From Octopus vulgaris (lineage: Eukaryota), in NCBI GenBank assembly GCA_951406725.2, contig OX597826.1:7068001-7132000 (forward strand): 64,000 nucleotides of DNA, read 5' to 3'. Under the pieces are notes generated by a model. That model was not told the DNA's origin and made no database searches. It saw only the letters and a list, made by a program, of their open reading frames with translations. Numbering within the stretch: the stretch's first letter is position 1; the number at the start of each line of letters is the position of its first letter. Shown in pieces: positions 40,721 to 53,499 of this stretch. The position numbers and the translations under genes were made by a program.

Positions 40721-41509
40721 CTATTGTATGTTATATTGGACCAACGCATATTGAACCAAAGTTTATTACGGCTCTGAGACAACTCACCGATACTTTAACA
40801 CGGATCCTTTTCAACTGCTGTTTTTCACTGCCTTGTTATTGAAAACATTTAGTCTTTCTGTTCGATATCCATCCAACTGATGGAAATCATCATTGTTTTA
40901 ATCTGTCATACCACCGATGGCATTTCCAGATACTCACAACATTGGAATATACAGTACATATATTTTCAATTCCACGTGTTCCATTATTGCTCCTACGAAA
41001 TTCGTAAAGCATGGTATGCTCGATATGCAGTTCACTAAAGTCATTACCTTCCATGGGTCAGAGACACAGACCTTACTTCCATGGATTGACCATATGCGCA
41101 CACTGTGTGTCCCGACATGGAATTCTGATCATTAACTCTATGTTGGTTTGCTGATTGCTAGGGTACCGTTTGTTGGCTTGCAAAATATTTGTGAGTCAAG
41201 ACAGCTGAAGAGGTTGCAAGACGCAACGGAAATTTTAGGGAAATATAAATAAGGAATAAGTTAAAATTTTACCGGTTGAGGGTGTTATATTATAAGGCAC
41301 AAAAAAAAGAAAATGACTATCCCCAGATACAATAAAATATGCTTCAACACACGAATTCAAATAAAGAATCTTGAAAACCAAATCCCAAAACAAAATTTTT
41401 GTGGTTTGACGTTAGGGTCTTTCTATGAAGATACGACATACATACATATACACATACATACATATATACCCACATTAATACAAACATACATACATCAATA
41501 CATACATAG

Positions 41510-42505
41510 TGTTGTGAGTTGAATTTAAGGACAGTTGGTTGCGACCTACTTTTGGAATAAACCCATTGTCCTGTCAGATTCAGGTGGATTGATTGGTTCT
41601 GGGTAGACCTGCGACCCCTTTCAGGTGAACGAAAGTTCGTTGTAAACACCCCTTAAAATGGAGGAACTTTGAGCTGTAAACAAAGTCGGCCGGAAGTCGA
41701 GGACAGAGCAAGTTGTTTCTGGTGTGAGAGATGAAAAGGCGAGATAGTGACAGGACAGTGTTGAGAACGACAGGAGACAGTGAGAGGATGAGGGGTTGAG
41801 GAAGATGTACACATAGGATTAAGCAGCTAATAGAGAGGGACTACAGTGCGAGGCATTGTCTGTTGTACGGTATATGTTTAATTGTATGTTGATATGTGAA
41901 TTATGTAAAGAGATTATAACGAACTGTTACAGAAGTGAGTAAAGGACTTGTTGATGTGTCATAAGGAACAATGTGAATCGTATTGATACGTGTTACAAAA
42001 AAAGAAAGAAAAAGACAAGAAAAGAACTATGAACTGTTTCGTTAATGTGTACGTTAATTGAACATTGATTTGTAACGTGAACTTATTTGTCTATGAACAT
42101 TGTATAATGTATTGATTTGTTTGATTCGACGTGTATATTGTATCTGCATGTTTAAATGCTTCGATCTGTTGTATACCTGTTTCTTGCATGTATTTCCTTT
42201 AAATGCTGTTATATTGCATCTGCATGCTGTTGATTCTGTTGCTTGTATCTACCTGATGTATCACATTGTATTTGTTGTAATAGTCATATAAACTAGTAGG
42301 TTAAATGTAAGCCGATTGCCTCTGTGTCTCTTCCTGCTGCTGTTGTTGTTGTTGTTGTTATCTCTCTCCTCTTTGGGTTCCGTGGCGAACTTTCACCGAT
42401 CGATCGAGCCTGGTCAAACGTCGTCGCTCGACTTGTTGGGATCCCGGGTTCGAGTTCGAGCGACGGCAGGTGGGATTCGTAACAGATTTCGGGGATTCCG
42501 TAACA
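41510..42505. mobile_element. Possible ~1-kb solo LTR
   Basis: TGTTG...TAACA termini (TAACA twice, at 42484 and 42505); composition differs from flanks; no TSD. Confidence 0.3.
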
Positions 42506-42518
42506 ATATATACTCCCC

Positions 42519-42670
42519 CAAAAATGCATATACACTTCAAGAAAGGAAAAATCTGTATAAATATTTTAATCCAGTGCTATCGTAATTTGAAAGTTTCATC
42601 GGAAGAGGAACTTATACAAGTTAAATATTTATACAAATTTTTCCTTTCCTGCAAAGTGTATACATTTTTG
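42519..42670. repeat. ~50-bp imperfect inverted repeat, PLE-end-like
   Basis: 42519-42569 vs 42621-42670; spacer holds CGGAAGA-GG-AACTT-ATAC-AAGTT, like a truncated hammerhead core plus stem II. Confidence 0.7.
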
Positions 42671-42749
42671 TAGCGGACTCATACATATATATGTGTTTGT
42701 GTATGTATGTATATGTGCATATACATACATACATATAAATCCATACGTC

Positions 42750-42853
<104 letters not shown>

Positions 42854-42877
42854 CATATATATAGCTATACACATATT

Positions 42878-42959
<82 letters not shown>

Positions 42960-43549
42960 TAGACAAACGGGACGCCGCTTGGCTGACCGGTTCGCGGAAC
43001 ACCTTCGTGACATCCACCTTGCGAACGACACACCGGTCTCACGCCATTTCCGCTCCACCGGTCACTCCTTGCAACACCTATCTGTGTTCGGTTTGTCCTT
43101 ACACAGAGGCCATACGGATTCCCGTTTGCGCCGTGAACAGGAATTAATCTTCTCTCTTCGCTCTTATACGCCATTTGGTCTCAACTCTCCCCCCTCCTCA
43201 TCTAACCTCACTCCCCTCCTCACCCATCCTTTCTCCCCCGACCCCTACTTCTTCAGTCCTTCATCCTTTCACCCCTACTCCCCTTCCCTTCTTCCCCTCT
43301 TTCTCCCTCCCTCTTCCCCTTCCCTCTGCTCCCTCACTCCCTCTCTCCCCTTCTCTCTCCCCCTCTCCCTCTTTCCTCCTTCATCCCCCTCATCCCCTTC
43401 CTTCTCCCCCATCCTCTCCTCTCCCCCTTCTCCTCCCCCTCGTCTTCCCCTCCCCTTCTCTCCCCCTCTTCTCCCCCTCCCCCTCTTCTCCTCACTACAC
43501 CACATGACTTTACACATCACATCACATATGATGTGCCATACTAATACAC

Positions 43550-43865
43550 ACACCAACTAATACATACTAATACGTACTAATACATACTAGTACATACTAA
43601 TACTTACACCAACCCTATACATACACACGTCCAGACCCCGCATACGCACTTATACTCTCACACACACACACACACACACCTATACATACCAATACGTACT
43701 AATACATACTAATACATACTAATACATACACCAACCCCATACATACGCACGTCCAGACCAATCTTACGCACTAATACTCTCTCATACACACACACACACA
43801 CACACACACACCCTTATACATACTAATACATACACCAACCCTATACATACACACATCCAGACCCC
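43550..43865 (+). repeat. ~120-bp tandem repeat (3 units) in the PLE 3' UTR
   Basis: TACATACTAA runs plus ACACCAACCC.ATACATAC.CAC.TCCAGACC three times. Confidence 0.8.
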
Positions 43866-44048
43866 TCCCACGCACTTTTAGCTGGTCCCTCAACCCTTTT
43901 ATCAACCCTATTATCTCCCCTTATTTCGCTCTCGCGTCTCATGTTTGATCTTTGTCCTCTGGCCGAAATCAGATCGCCATGTTGATTCGTTAGCTACTGC
44001 ACGCATTTTTTTTCTCTCCTTCTTTCTGTGTTTTTCTTTCTCTGTGTA

Positions 44049-44086
44049 TCTTTCTGTTGAAGAGCGTAGGCTCGAAACGTTAAAGA
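44049..44086 (+). ncRNA. Minimal type-I hammerhead ribozyme-like motif (variant core CUGUUGA)
   Basis: TCTTT-CTGTTGA-A-GAGC-GTAG-GCTC-GAAAC-GTT-AAAGA; 5-bp stem I, 4-bp stem II, palindromic AACGTT. Confidence 0.6.
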
Positions 44087-44183
44087 CTTGTTTTATTTCT
44101 ATTTCCTGAGCGCCATACTAATACAATTGTTCGTTTGTTTTCCACCTGCCTTCGTCTTTTGTTTATTTTCATAAAGCTTCCCG

Positions 44184-44242
<59 letters not shown>

Positions 44243-45636
44243 GGACTTTCAAATAGATTTCCTTTGCTATAATTGACGTACAGATTATTGGTCTGCTCGG
44301 GGTTCATGGCCATGTTGCCTCACAAAGAAACTGAGCCTATGACCATATGATTGCAAAGCGAACATCTTAACCACACATCCATTCCTAAGCCTACATGTAT
44401 AACATTTTATCTTGGGAAATCAAATTTCTTCCGTGCTTGCACTCATTGCATGCTAGTGGTTCTTTCTCATGAGAAGTATTTGATGATGTGATTCACTCAA
44501 CAATTCGCCCCTCGGCCTTTACTGCAATATTTCGTTAACAATGTCCACAGTGCTAATTTTTTTTCAGGTGTTAATTATGTAAGAGATTTTTTTGTCCTTA
44601 TATAATTAACGCCTGATATAAATTTATTTATTTCATGGGAAATAAATAACACCTGTATAATTATATAACATTTTCTACTTTTAACTTTGTTTTTCAAAAT
44701 TTCAGTTCTTATTTCCACTTTTTCCTTCATAATTCTCTGCATTTTATAGATTTATACAAGGATATAGTTACTATGGTTCACCTGCTGCCTGAGAACCTTA
44801 CATCCATGGATTCATGGTATATATGATATGTCTGTCATATTTCGTGCAATGTATCATAAATAGCCATTATTTATATTGCGTTTAAATCTACTTTTTTCTA
44901 ATTATATACTAATTTATATAGAATGTTATGCCTATAATTTATAAATGCGATATTTGGTGAAGTGGCACCTGTTAACAACTTTTTTGCACTTACCTCTGTT
45001 TTCTGTTTTCACTGTTAAATCGATATGATTATAATTTTGCTTCATAACCATTACTTCAATTTGTCATGTTTAGCCTGTCTGGCTCATCAATACCCCGTAT
45101 TTGTATGTCTGTGGTTGCGCTGTTTTCTGATGTATTTGTCTTCATCTTAAATGACGTTGGTTTTCTCATATTTTCTATAATGAATTTTTACCTTTTCATA
45201 ATGGTCTTCTCATATTTTCTGTAATGAATTTTTACCTTGGCATACATTTCTTATCCCAATCTATTGGCGTTAACAATCAAAACTGTGAACTATCTGTAGC
45301 TGAGTTTCTAGTTGTATGATGTCCGCAGCGCAGTACTTGTTTCTCTATTTGATTAACCGAAGCTCGTATCGTTGGCTAAGAATATAAAGCACACTCCTGG
45401 TTTTGCATCACTAATTATAAGTAAAGCATATCCAGAAACAAAGCTTAGCTTCATCAGATGTGAATAGGGGGCGGTTTAGCATAAATAATGATGTGGAGAT
45501 AGAAAGAAGCGTTGAGTTAATTTATAAGGCATCACTGATAAAAGATTTATCACGTTTAAAAAGACATCACATAAAAGAAATAACAAATTCAGGCACGTTA
45601 AAAGAAAGATGCAAAGTATGCGAACACACGTGAAGA

Positions 45637-45687
<51 letters not shown>

Positions 45688-45981
45688 TAGGTCGGTGCTT
45701 GTGTATGTGTGTGTGTGTTTTGCATGAGTATATACATATATGTGTGTGTATGTATAAAATCTACATACATATATTCATATATATTTACACACATATATAT
45801 ATACATACATATATCTATAAATATATCTGCTTCTATATGTGCATGTATATGTGTATGTATATACATATATATATATATGTATACATACATATAGATACAT
45901 ATATACATATACATATATATATAACATATATATATATATGAATATATATGCATACATACATATATATACATATATAGCACC

Positions 45982-46013
<32 letters not shown>

Positions 46014-46860
46014 TACATACACACACGCACATATATATATATATACATACATAAATGCAAACACATACACACATATATATATGTATGAATAGAATATGTA
46101 CATATATATTCATTAAATTTCGAAATTATACCAAGGAAGTAAATTATTGAAAGAATTTTATATACGGAAATATTTGTACATATGCAAATGTAGGTGTTAA
46201 TTATTTGAATGAAGCCATTGAAACTCATATATAGACAGAATAAAAGCATTTTCCAAATATTTTACATATTTTTCATTGGAGATATAATTGAAGTATTATA
46301 TGTTTTTTTGTTTTATTTCAAGTTTCCAAGATTTGAATATTTGAATATTTTCTCATTGAATGATACGTTAAAATTTAAATACACAAGTTTTTCCAATAAA
46401 AATAACTGAAATATTATATTTCCAAACGAAAACTATAATAAATATTCGTCATATTTCTAATATTCTCATTCGAAAGAAGAAAAGTTGGCAAGATATTTCA
46501 TGGGGAAATGGATATACATAGATGATATAATTTTGGAAAATATTGTCTTCTATTACTGGCACACAAATATGCTTTTGAAGAGGTATTAGATTCCATGATA
46601 ACGACCAAATTACCGAACATGTGCGCTATTTTAAGGACCTGGTAATTTGAAAGTCGAAGTGAACATTGACATTTAAAAAATTGAGTACTGTTTCGAGTTA
46701 TAAGACTCAAAGTGTTGTTTACGCAATTTTCTTGGATTATAAATCGTACTGTCTTATGTTATTGGGCACAATGGGGACTTGCTCAAGGGGTCCTCACGGA
46801 TGTAGGGAAACTATTCTGATATATGATGTATGCTGTGGGTTACTGTCATTAAATAAATAC

Positions 46861-47091
46861 TTATTTCTTTACTACCCACAAGGGGCTAAACACAGAGAAG
46901 ACAAACAAGGGCAGACAGACGGATTAAGTCGATTATATCGACCCAGTGCGTAACTGGTACTTATTTAATCGACCCCGAAAGGATGAAAGGCAAAGTTGAC
47001 CGCGGCGGAATTTGAACTCAGAACGTAACGGCAGACGAAATACCGCTCAGCATTTCGCCCGGTGTGCTAACGTTTCTGCCAGCACGCCGCC
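46861..47091 (-). mobile_element. SINE family C monomer with TSD
   Basis: Flanked by CTGTCATTAAATAAATAC(T) at 46843-46861 and 47091-47109. Confidence 0.92.
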
Positions 47092-47756
47092 TGTCATTAA
47101 ATAAATACTATAGACCCTAGTGCATTGATTTGGCTGAGGGCCTATAACGCTGCAAAGGAGGCGGGCTGCTGATCACAAGTGAGCGAAACTACGACACTCC
47201 TCCTGGACGGAACGCCAGTCCATCGTAGGATTACTCATTTACGGCTGCGTGGGCTGGAGCGAGGGGAAATAAAGCCATTCGCTCCAGATACATCTGACCG
47301 TTGCGAGGTCGGTATTGAAATCATGACCTTGCGATTGTGTGTGCAACACTCTTATCACTAGCCCACGTACTTACACGGACCTTGGCAAAACAGAGCTTAA
47401 GAAACCGTAAATAAATATCGCATGTTATTATCTCCAGCACTTTGACGATTCTGATAATCCACTGTCATTAGATTAAATGGAATCTTAATTAATAATTTGA
47501 TCTTTCACTCAGTGGATTAATTCCAAAACACAGGAACCAAAGGTTGCTGGAGTGATCCATTATAATATTTCATCTTCTCTTGATTAATCATACAGCCCCA
47601 TCTTCCTCAAATAATATGCTTCCTTCTAAAAATGAGTGAATATATTTGATAATGTCATGTTAGATCGAATACTTTTCCTTATAGGTTTGTTTGATCACAA
47701 CAGAGCTTCGGTTGTACAAGGATAACGACGATAAGAACAAGTGTATCTCAAAATAA

Positions 47757-48982
47757 GGAGCTGGCAAAATCCCTACCCCGCCGAACAAAATGCTTAGCAG
47801 CATATCGACCGTGCTTACGCTCTGTGTTAAGTTCCGCCAAGGTCAACTTTGCCTTTCATTGTTTGGGGGTGATAAAATAAGTACCAGCTGTACAATGGGG
47901 TCGATGTAATCGACTATCCTCCTCCCCCGAAATTGCTGGCCCTGTGCCAGAATTTCAAATTAATACGGGTCTCGAAATAATGCTGCAAGCTCGTCTTTCG
48001 CTGCAGTAAATATTGTGGTGTTAATGACGATCTCTTTGGAGGTTTGCCCCGATGTTTCAAACCTATGATGAAATGTATTCTAATCGTGACTCCTTTGTTT
48101 TTCAAGCATAATGATTGCTTTATCTAATCTAATGTGAGTGGCAAGTGACTGGGCTATTATTTCTAAAAGATCGAGCAATTATACAGAGTCTCCTTTTGCA
48201 TCTAATGTCACATAGGTGCATCTATGTCAGTTGGGGCTGAAAGTTTAATCGAACCTGTTTGCGCAAGTATGGGTAAGTCATTTTTAGTTATTTTTATTTT
48301 ATTTCTTTTGTAGAGTAGAGGCAGTTGCTTATTCGCGCAAGACTTCTCTCTCCAAGCCATCAATGCCGTTCAAGGCTAAGGTCAACGTCACTTCGGGTTC
48401 GACACAACTTGGAACGAGAAATGTTGCAGGTGTTACCGCAGAATACAAATGTCGGAACAAATGCCAAAAAAAACACTTAGCCAATGATTAATGATTTCAC
48501 CAATACACTAAACTGGATTCATGCTTTTTCTTTGTCGACACCGAAAGAATTATAACCAATGTTGATTTCGAAGGGATTTGAACTGAGAGAGCAGAGAATG
48601 AAAGAAATACAGCGAGACATAATGTCCAATCCCATAACAACCTGCCAAATAAGCAGCTGGCAAAATCCCTACCACGCCGAGCAAAATGCTTAGCAGCATT
48701 TCGACTGTGCTTGCGCTCTGTATTAAGTTCCGCCAAGGTCAAGTTTGTCTTTCTTTTGGAGTGGATAAAATAAGTACCAGTCGTACAATGGAGTCGATGT
48801 AATCGACTATCCTCCTCCCCCGAAATTGCTGACCTTGTGCCAGAATTTCAAACTGATAAGGGGGTCTCGAAATAAAGATACAGACTCGTCTTTCGCTGCA
48901 GTAAATATTGTGGTGTTAATGACGATCTCTTTGGAGGTTTGCCCCGATCTTACAAACCTATGATGAAATGTATTCTAACCGT
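47757..48982 (+). repeat. ~330-bp local duplication (old SINE C plus unique flank)
   Basis: 47757-48085 matches 48654-48982, including non-SINE CTCGTCTTTCGCTGCAGTAAATATTGTGG...ATGAAATGTATTCTAA. Confidence 0.9.
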
Positions 48983-49684
48983 CTGTCTTTCAATAGGGAT
49001 ACATCGTTTCATTTACAGGGAAGTTAAATCAAAAATATATACCTCCCTAACAATCGACTCCTTGATAATGTAGGTGTTTCAAAATTAAACATACTGCTAT
49101 TATATATATATATAATATGCATAAATTGGTGGGTTGACAGAATCGCTAGAAGGCCGGGTAGAATACTTAGCGACATTTCTCTGTCCCAACGGCCTTGATT
49201 TCAAATTCCGTTGAGGTCAACTTTGCTATCCATCCTTCCAGGGTCGATAAAATATGTACCAGTTAAATACTGAGATCAATATAATCAACTAGCCCCCTCC
49301 CACCAAAATTCAGATTTGTGTGCGTAATATAAAGGATTATGTTACATGTACATAAGGCGGCGTGCAGGTACAGTCGTTAGCGCGACGGGCAAAATCCTTA
49401 GTAGCATTTCGTCCATCTTTACGTCGAGGTTGATTTTAGCTTTAACCGTTTTGAGATCGATATTATAAGGACTCGTTGCGTACTGGGGTCAATGTAATTA
49501 CGGAGGTGTACATGCATAGCAAGTGACCTGATCTGAGATCGTGTGCTGGAACGAAAACGAAATTGCAGCGTGCAAGGTGTTCAAAACCCATTTAAAACAC
49601 ACAAAACCGTTAGATTCACTTCAACATTTAAATTTAATTTGCCAAAATATTTTCGTCGGTTTGACAAAATTCCGTGCAGCAGCA

Positions 49685-49843
49685 CGACGGGCTCCTTTCA
49701 ATTTCCGTCTATCAAATCCACTCACAAGGCTTTGATCAGCCCGAGGCTGTAGTAGAATACACTTGCCCCAGGTGCCATGCAGTGGGACTGAACCCGGAAC
49801 CATGTGGTTGGAAAGTAAGCTTCTTACCACATAGCCACGCCTA
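49685..49843 (-). mobile_element. SINE B head half
   Basis: Reverse complement of the family head. Confidence 0.8.
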
Positions 49844-50794
49844 CTCAATGTGGCAAGCTGGCAGAATGGTTAGGGGCGTTTTCCAGGGTAAAGTTGACTT
49901 GAGAGAAATAATAGAAATAAGTACAGACAACAGAGTTTTATAAGCATCATGTTTGAGAAAATGGCTGCCGCATATGAAGATGCCACTGTCAAATATATCG
50001 CTCAATAAGATGTTGCACAACAAGACTAAGGCGTTTTGTGCCGTAACCGGTGTCATGTTTCTGCGAAAAAGCTTTCTAACCACACAGTAAATGTTAATGA
50101 AGATGGAGGTGAAAATATAGTTTTCGTTCTACAGTGTAGATATTGTATTTTATAGTGAATTATATAATTGGTTTTAACCAATAGAAAATTGTCTCTTTAT
50201 CGATCAAATGGCGGCGTCTTAATTTAGACATTGAGGACAACTTCTATCTATTGTTGAAAATAAAATGCATTGAGACCAGTAACATATTTATTTGGGTGAT
50301 TAAATATAATACCTAATATCTATAGAAAAAGCAGAATTAAATTTCTTAAATCCATACTAGTATTGATTTCAGCTTCACTCGCCACTGGCAACTTGGTTAT
50401 TTCGCGTAGTTTATTTTTGTTTAAATTATGCAAATTAAGAATGCCATTGATATGTTCTGCTAATTTTTTTTATAAGTCTTAAGTCCCTTGTCTACAAGAA
50501 TTAAGGTTGGAAAATTGTTCCGATGACGGTTACTGAGCTTGAACTTTAGAGAATTCTTGATTTATAAGGTTTTGACCTCTTCTTATATCGCGCTGGTTTT
50601 CAGTGCTGTCTCGTGACTAAGATACATCCTCTAGCCGCGGAGATAATTTTGATAAATCGAGAATTTATATTATGTGGCATTTGATATACATGTATTTGTC
50701 TATACTATCACGATCAAAGTTGTCCAAGTCATGGCCATCCTTGTAATTATTGATTTATTGGATGATATATTCATATCATAATACAATGGGCTTC

Positions 50795-51175
50795 AAATTT
50801 TGTCACCAGGGGAGGTTAAGTTTAAATCAATTACATAGACCCAAGTATTCGACTGGTACTTATTTTATCAATATCGAAAGGATGAACGGCAAAGTCGACC
50901 TCGGGCGAATTTGAACGTAGAACGAGAAGACGCACGAAATACCTATTTCTTTACTACCCACAAGGGGCTAAGCACAGAGGGGACAAACAAGGACAGACAA
51001 ACGGATTAAGTCGATTAGATCGACCCCAGTGCGTAACTGGTACTTATTTAATCGACCCCGAAAGGATGAAAGCCAAAGTCAACCTCGGCAGAATTTGAAC
51101 TCAGAACGTAGATGCAGACGAAATACTGCTAAGCATTCGCCCGAAATGCTAACGATTCTGCCAGATCTCCGCCTT
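50795..51175 (-). mobile_element. Young SINE C unit joined to an older diverged C-type unit at the GAAATAC site
   Basis: Junction ...GCACGAAATACCTATTTC at ~50932-50950. Confidence 0.8.
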
Positions 51176-51829
51176 TATAACAAAATTTAGTGTCCTTGAA
51201 TTCATTTTGTACACACAGTGGTATGACATGAGATAGAATTGACTGCTATTTTTAGCAGTTCTAAAACCTCCTAGATCCATCCTAAAGACATTAATATTGC
51301 AATTAAAGTGAAATGGCTTCAACTGGGGTTTGAAACAACTTCGAGGTTTTGTATTGTCGACAGAAGTCTGTGAAATTCTGTAGACTTTATTATCTCAATC
51401 TTGATCACGGCATTCAAACAAGACTAAGCAATGTATTGGAAGTCAAATCTATCGATTATCCTTCAACTATTTCCGAAATAGAAGCCTTGTAAACACTGCA
51501 GCTTTTAGCGCACGGTACAGTGGTACAATTTACAATGGTAAACTTCTGTTAAACCGTGAGCTTTCGGAACCACTTCAGTATTGTTATTAATGGTCTTCAG
51601 AAATTGTGAACTTTCTCATTCACCTTCTCCTAATGCAATATACGTCAATAATGTCAGAAAAATAATTAAGCCTGGAAGACAGTTGGTTTTGATAAACAGC
51701 TTGAGTAAAAGAAAAGAAAAGAAAAAAAATAACGATTACTTTAATACTCATAAACTATAGGACTACACAATCGAGCCAAGAAGAAATTGAGTGAGAAAGA
51801 GAGAGTGTGTGTGTGTGGGTATGTATGTA

Positions 51830-51873
<44 letters not shown>

Positions 51874-52106
51874 TGTGCGTGCGTGGACGCGCTACTTGGT
51901 AAAATAGGAGTGTATATTTTTCACTAAAAATATGCAATACTGTCTTCAAAAGAGAAACACATTTGATAATATAACCCCGGAGAGATATATGCGCGTGTAT
52001 GTGTGCATGTATGTATGAATATATGTATACACACGCACACACATATTTGCATATATACCTGTATATGGGTGTATGTATATACCTATATATACAGATATAC
52101 AAATAC

Positions 52107-52154
<48 letters not shown>

Positions 52155-52567
52155 TATTGAATTTCTAAATGTCTCAGATATATATATATATATATATATA
52201 TATCTGTATATGGGTGTATGTATATATATCTATATATACACATATATGTGTGTGTTCGCGCCTATGTATGTGTGCGTGTTTGTGTCCGATCCTCCTCCTA
52301 TTCCTCATTTCTATTTATATTATTTCCCTCTCTGTACCCCCCCATCCTTCTATAAATATATGTCTTTTATCTATTTTACTTCCCTCTCTTTATTTACCCT
52401 ATGACTTTCTTCCTCTGCGACAACTAATTTTTACGGACGCCTCTCTTTCTCTTTCCCTCTCACTCACTCTCTCTCTCTCTCCCTCTTTCTCTATCTATCT
52501 TTATCTTCCTGCCTTCCACTCTATCTCTGCCACTCCTTTCCTCTTTAACTTCTCTCTCTCTCTCAAT

Positions 52568-52599
<32 letters not shown>

Positions 52600-52945
52600 C
52601 TATCTCAATATTTATTTTCTCCTCATAAAGAAACTTGTCAGTGTCTTCGGATGTTTGACATCAAAGTTTATTATATATATTTTTTAATAAAATAAGTCAC
52701 CAAAACACTGCCTCTCTTTGCGATTCCCACACATTCTGTCAATTGATTTATTCATCGTCATACATTTCCTCGTATCACATTTTTACAATTTCTCTTTATC
52801 TTATAGCCACATATCAGTACCACATATCAGGCGGGGATAATTTCTTTCTAGAACATCGGTTCGCATCCGGACTCCATATGACACTTCGGGCTCCATATAA
52901 AATTTCGTACTTGAAATTTACGGGGAATAAATCGGTTATGCTTTT

Positions 52946-53127
52946 ACGGCTGTGTGGTAAGTAGCTTGCTAACCAACCACATGGTGCCGGGTTCAGTCCC
53001 ACTGCGTGGCATCTTGGGCAAGTGTCTTCTGCTATAGCCCCGGGCCGACCAATGCCTTGTGAGTGGATTTGGTAGACGGAAACTGAAAGAAGCCTGTCGT
53101 GTATATGTATATGTATATATATATATG

Positions 53128-53167
<40 letters not shown>

Positions 53168-53370
53168 GTGTGTCTGTGTTTGTCCCCCTAGCATTGCTTG
53201 ACAACCGATGCTGGTGTGTTTATGTCCCCGTCACTTAGCGGTTCGGCAAAAGAGACCGATAGAATAAGCACTGGGCTTACAAAGAATAAGTGCCGGGGTC
53301 GATTTGCTCGACTAAAGGCGGTGCTCCAGCATGGCCGCAGTCAAAATGACTGAAACAAGTAAAAGAGTAA
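52946..53370 (+). mobile_element. SINE family B, near-consensus copy
   Basis: GGCTGTGTGGTAAGTAGC head, GGGTTCAGTCCC B-box-like, central (TA)/(TG), GTAAAAGAGTAA tail. Confidence 0.92.
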
Positions 53371-53499
53371 TACACAATATAAGACTGCCTTCTATGTCTT
53401 ATGATGGTATCAGTCCTACATATGTAAACTTGGTCAATTGATGCACTTCGACGCTCAGTGTTTAAACGATGTTGCCGAAGGGATATGATGCGACACTCA

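Larger units (their letters stand above)
42955..44183 (+). mobile_element. 5'-truncated Penelope-like element: GIY-YIG C-terminus, CT-rich 3' UTR, tandem repeats, hammerhead end; in (TA)n
   Basis: [39 protein letters not shown]...[21 protein letters not shown] matches the PLE GIY-YIG tail (R..EH, ..HF...H, RE..LI..L......GLN); TA tracts on both sides. Confidence 0.85.

Noticed and set aside
44533-44565. Plus-strand micro-exon (ttttcag|GTGTTAATTAT|gtaaga)
   Set aside because: 11 nt, frame-shifting, and expected by chance in AT-rich DNA
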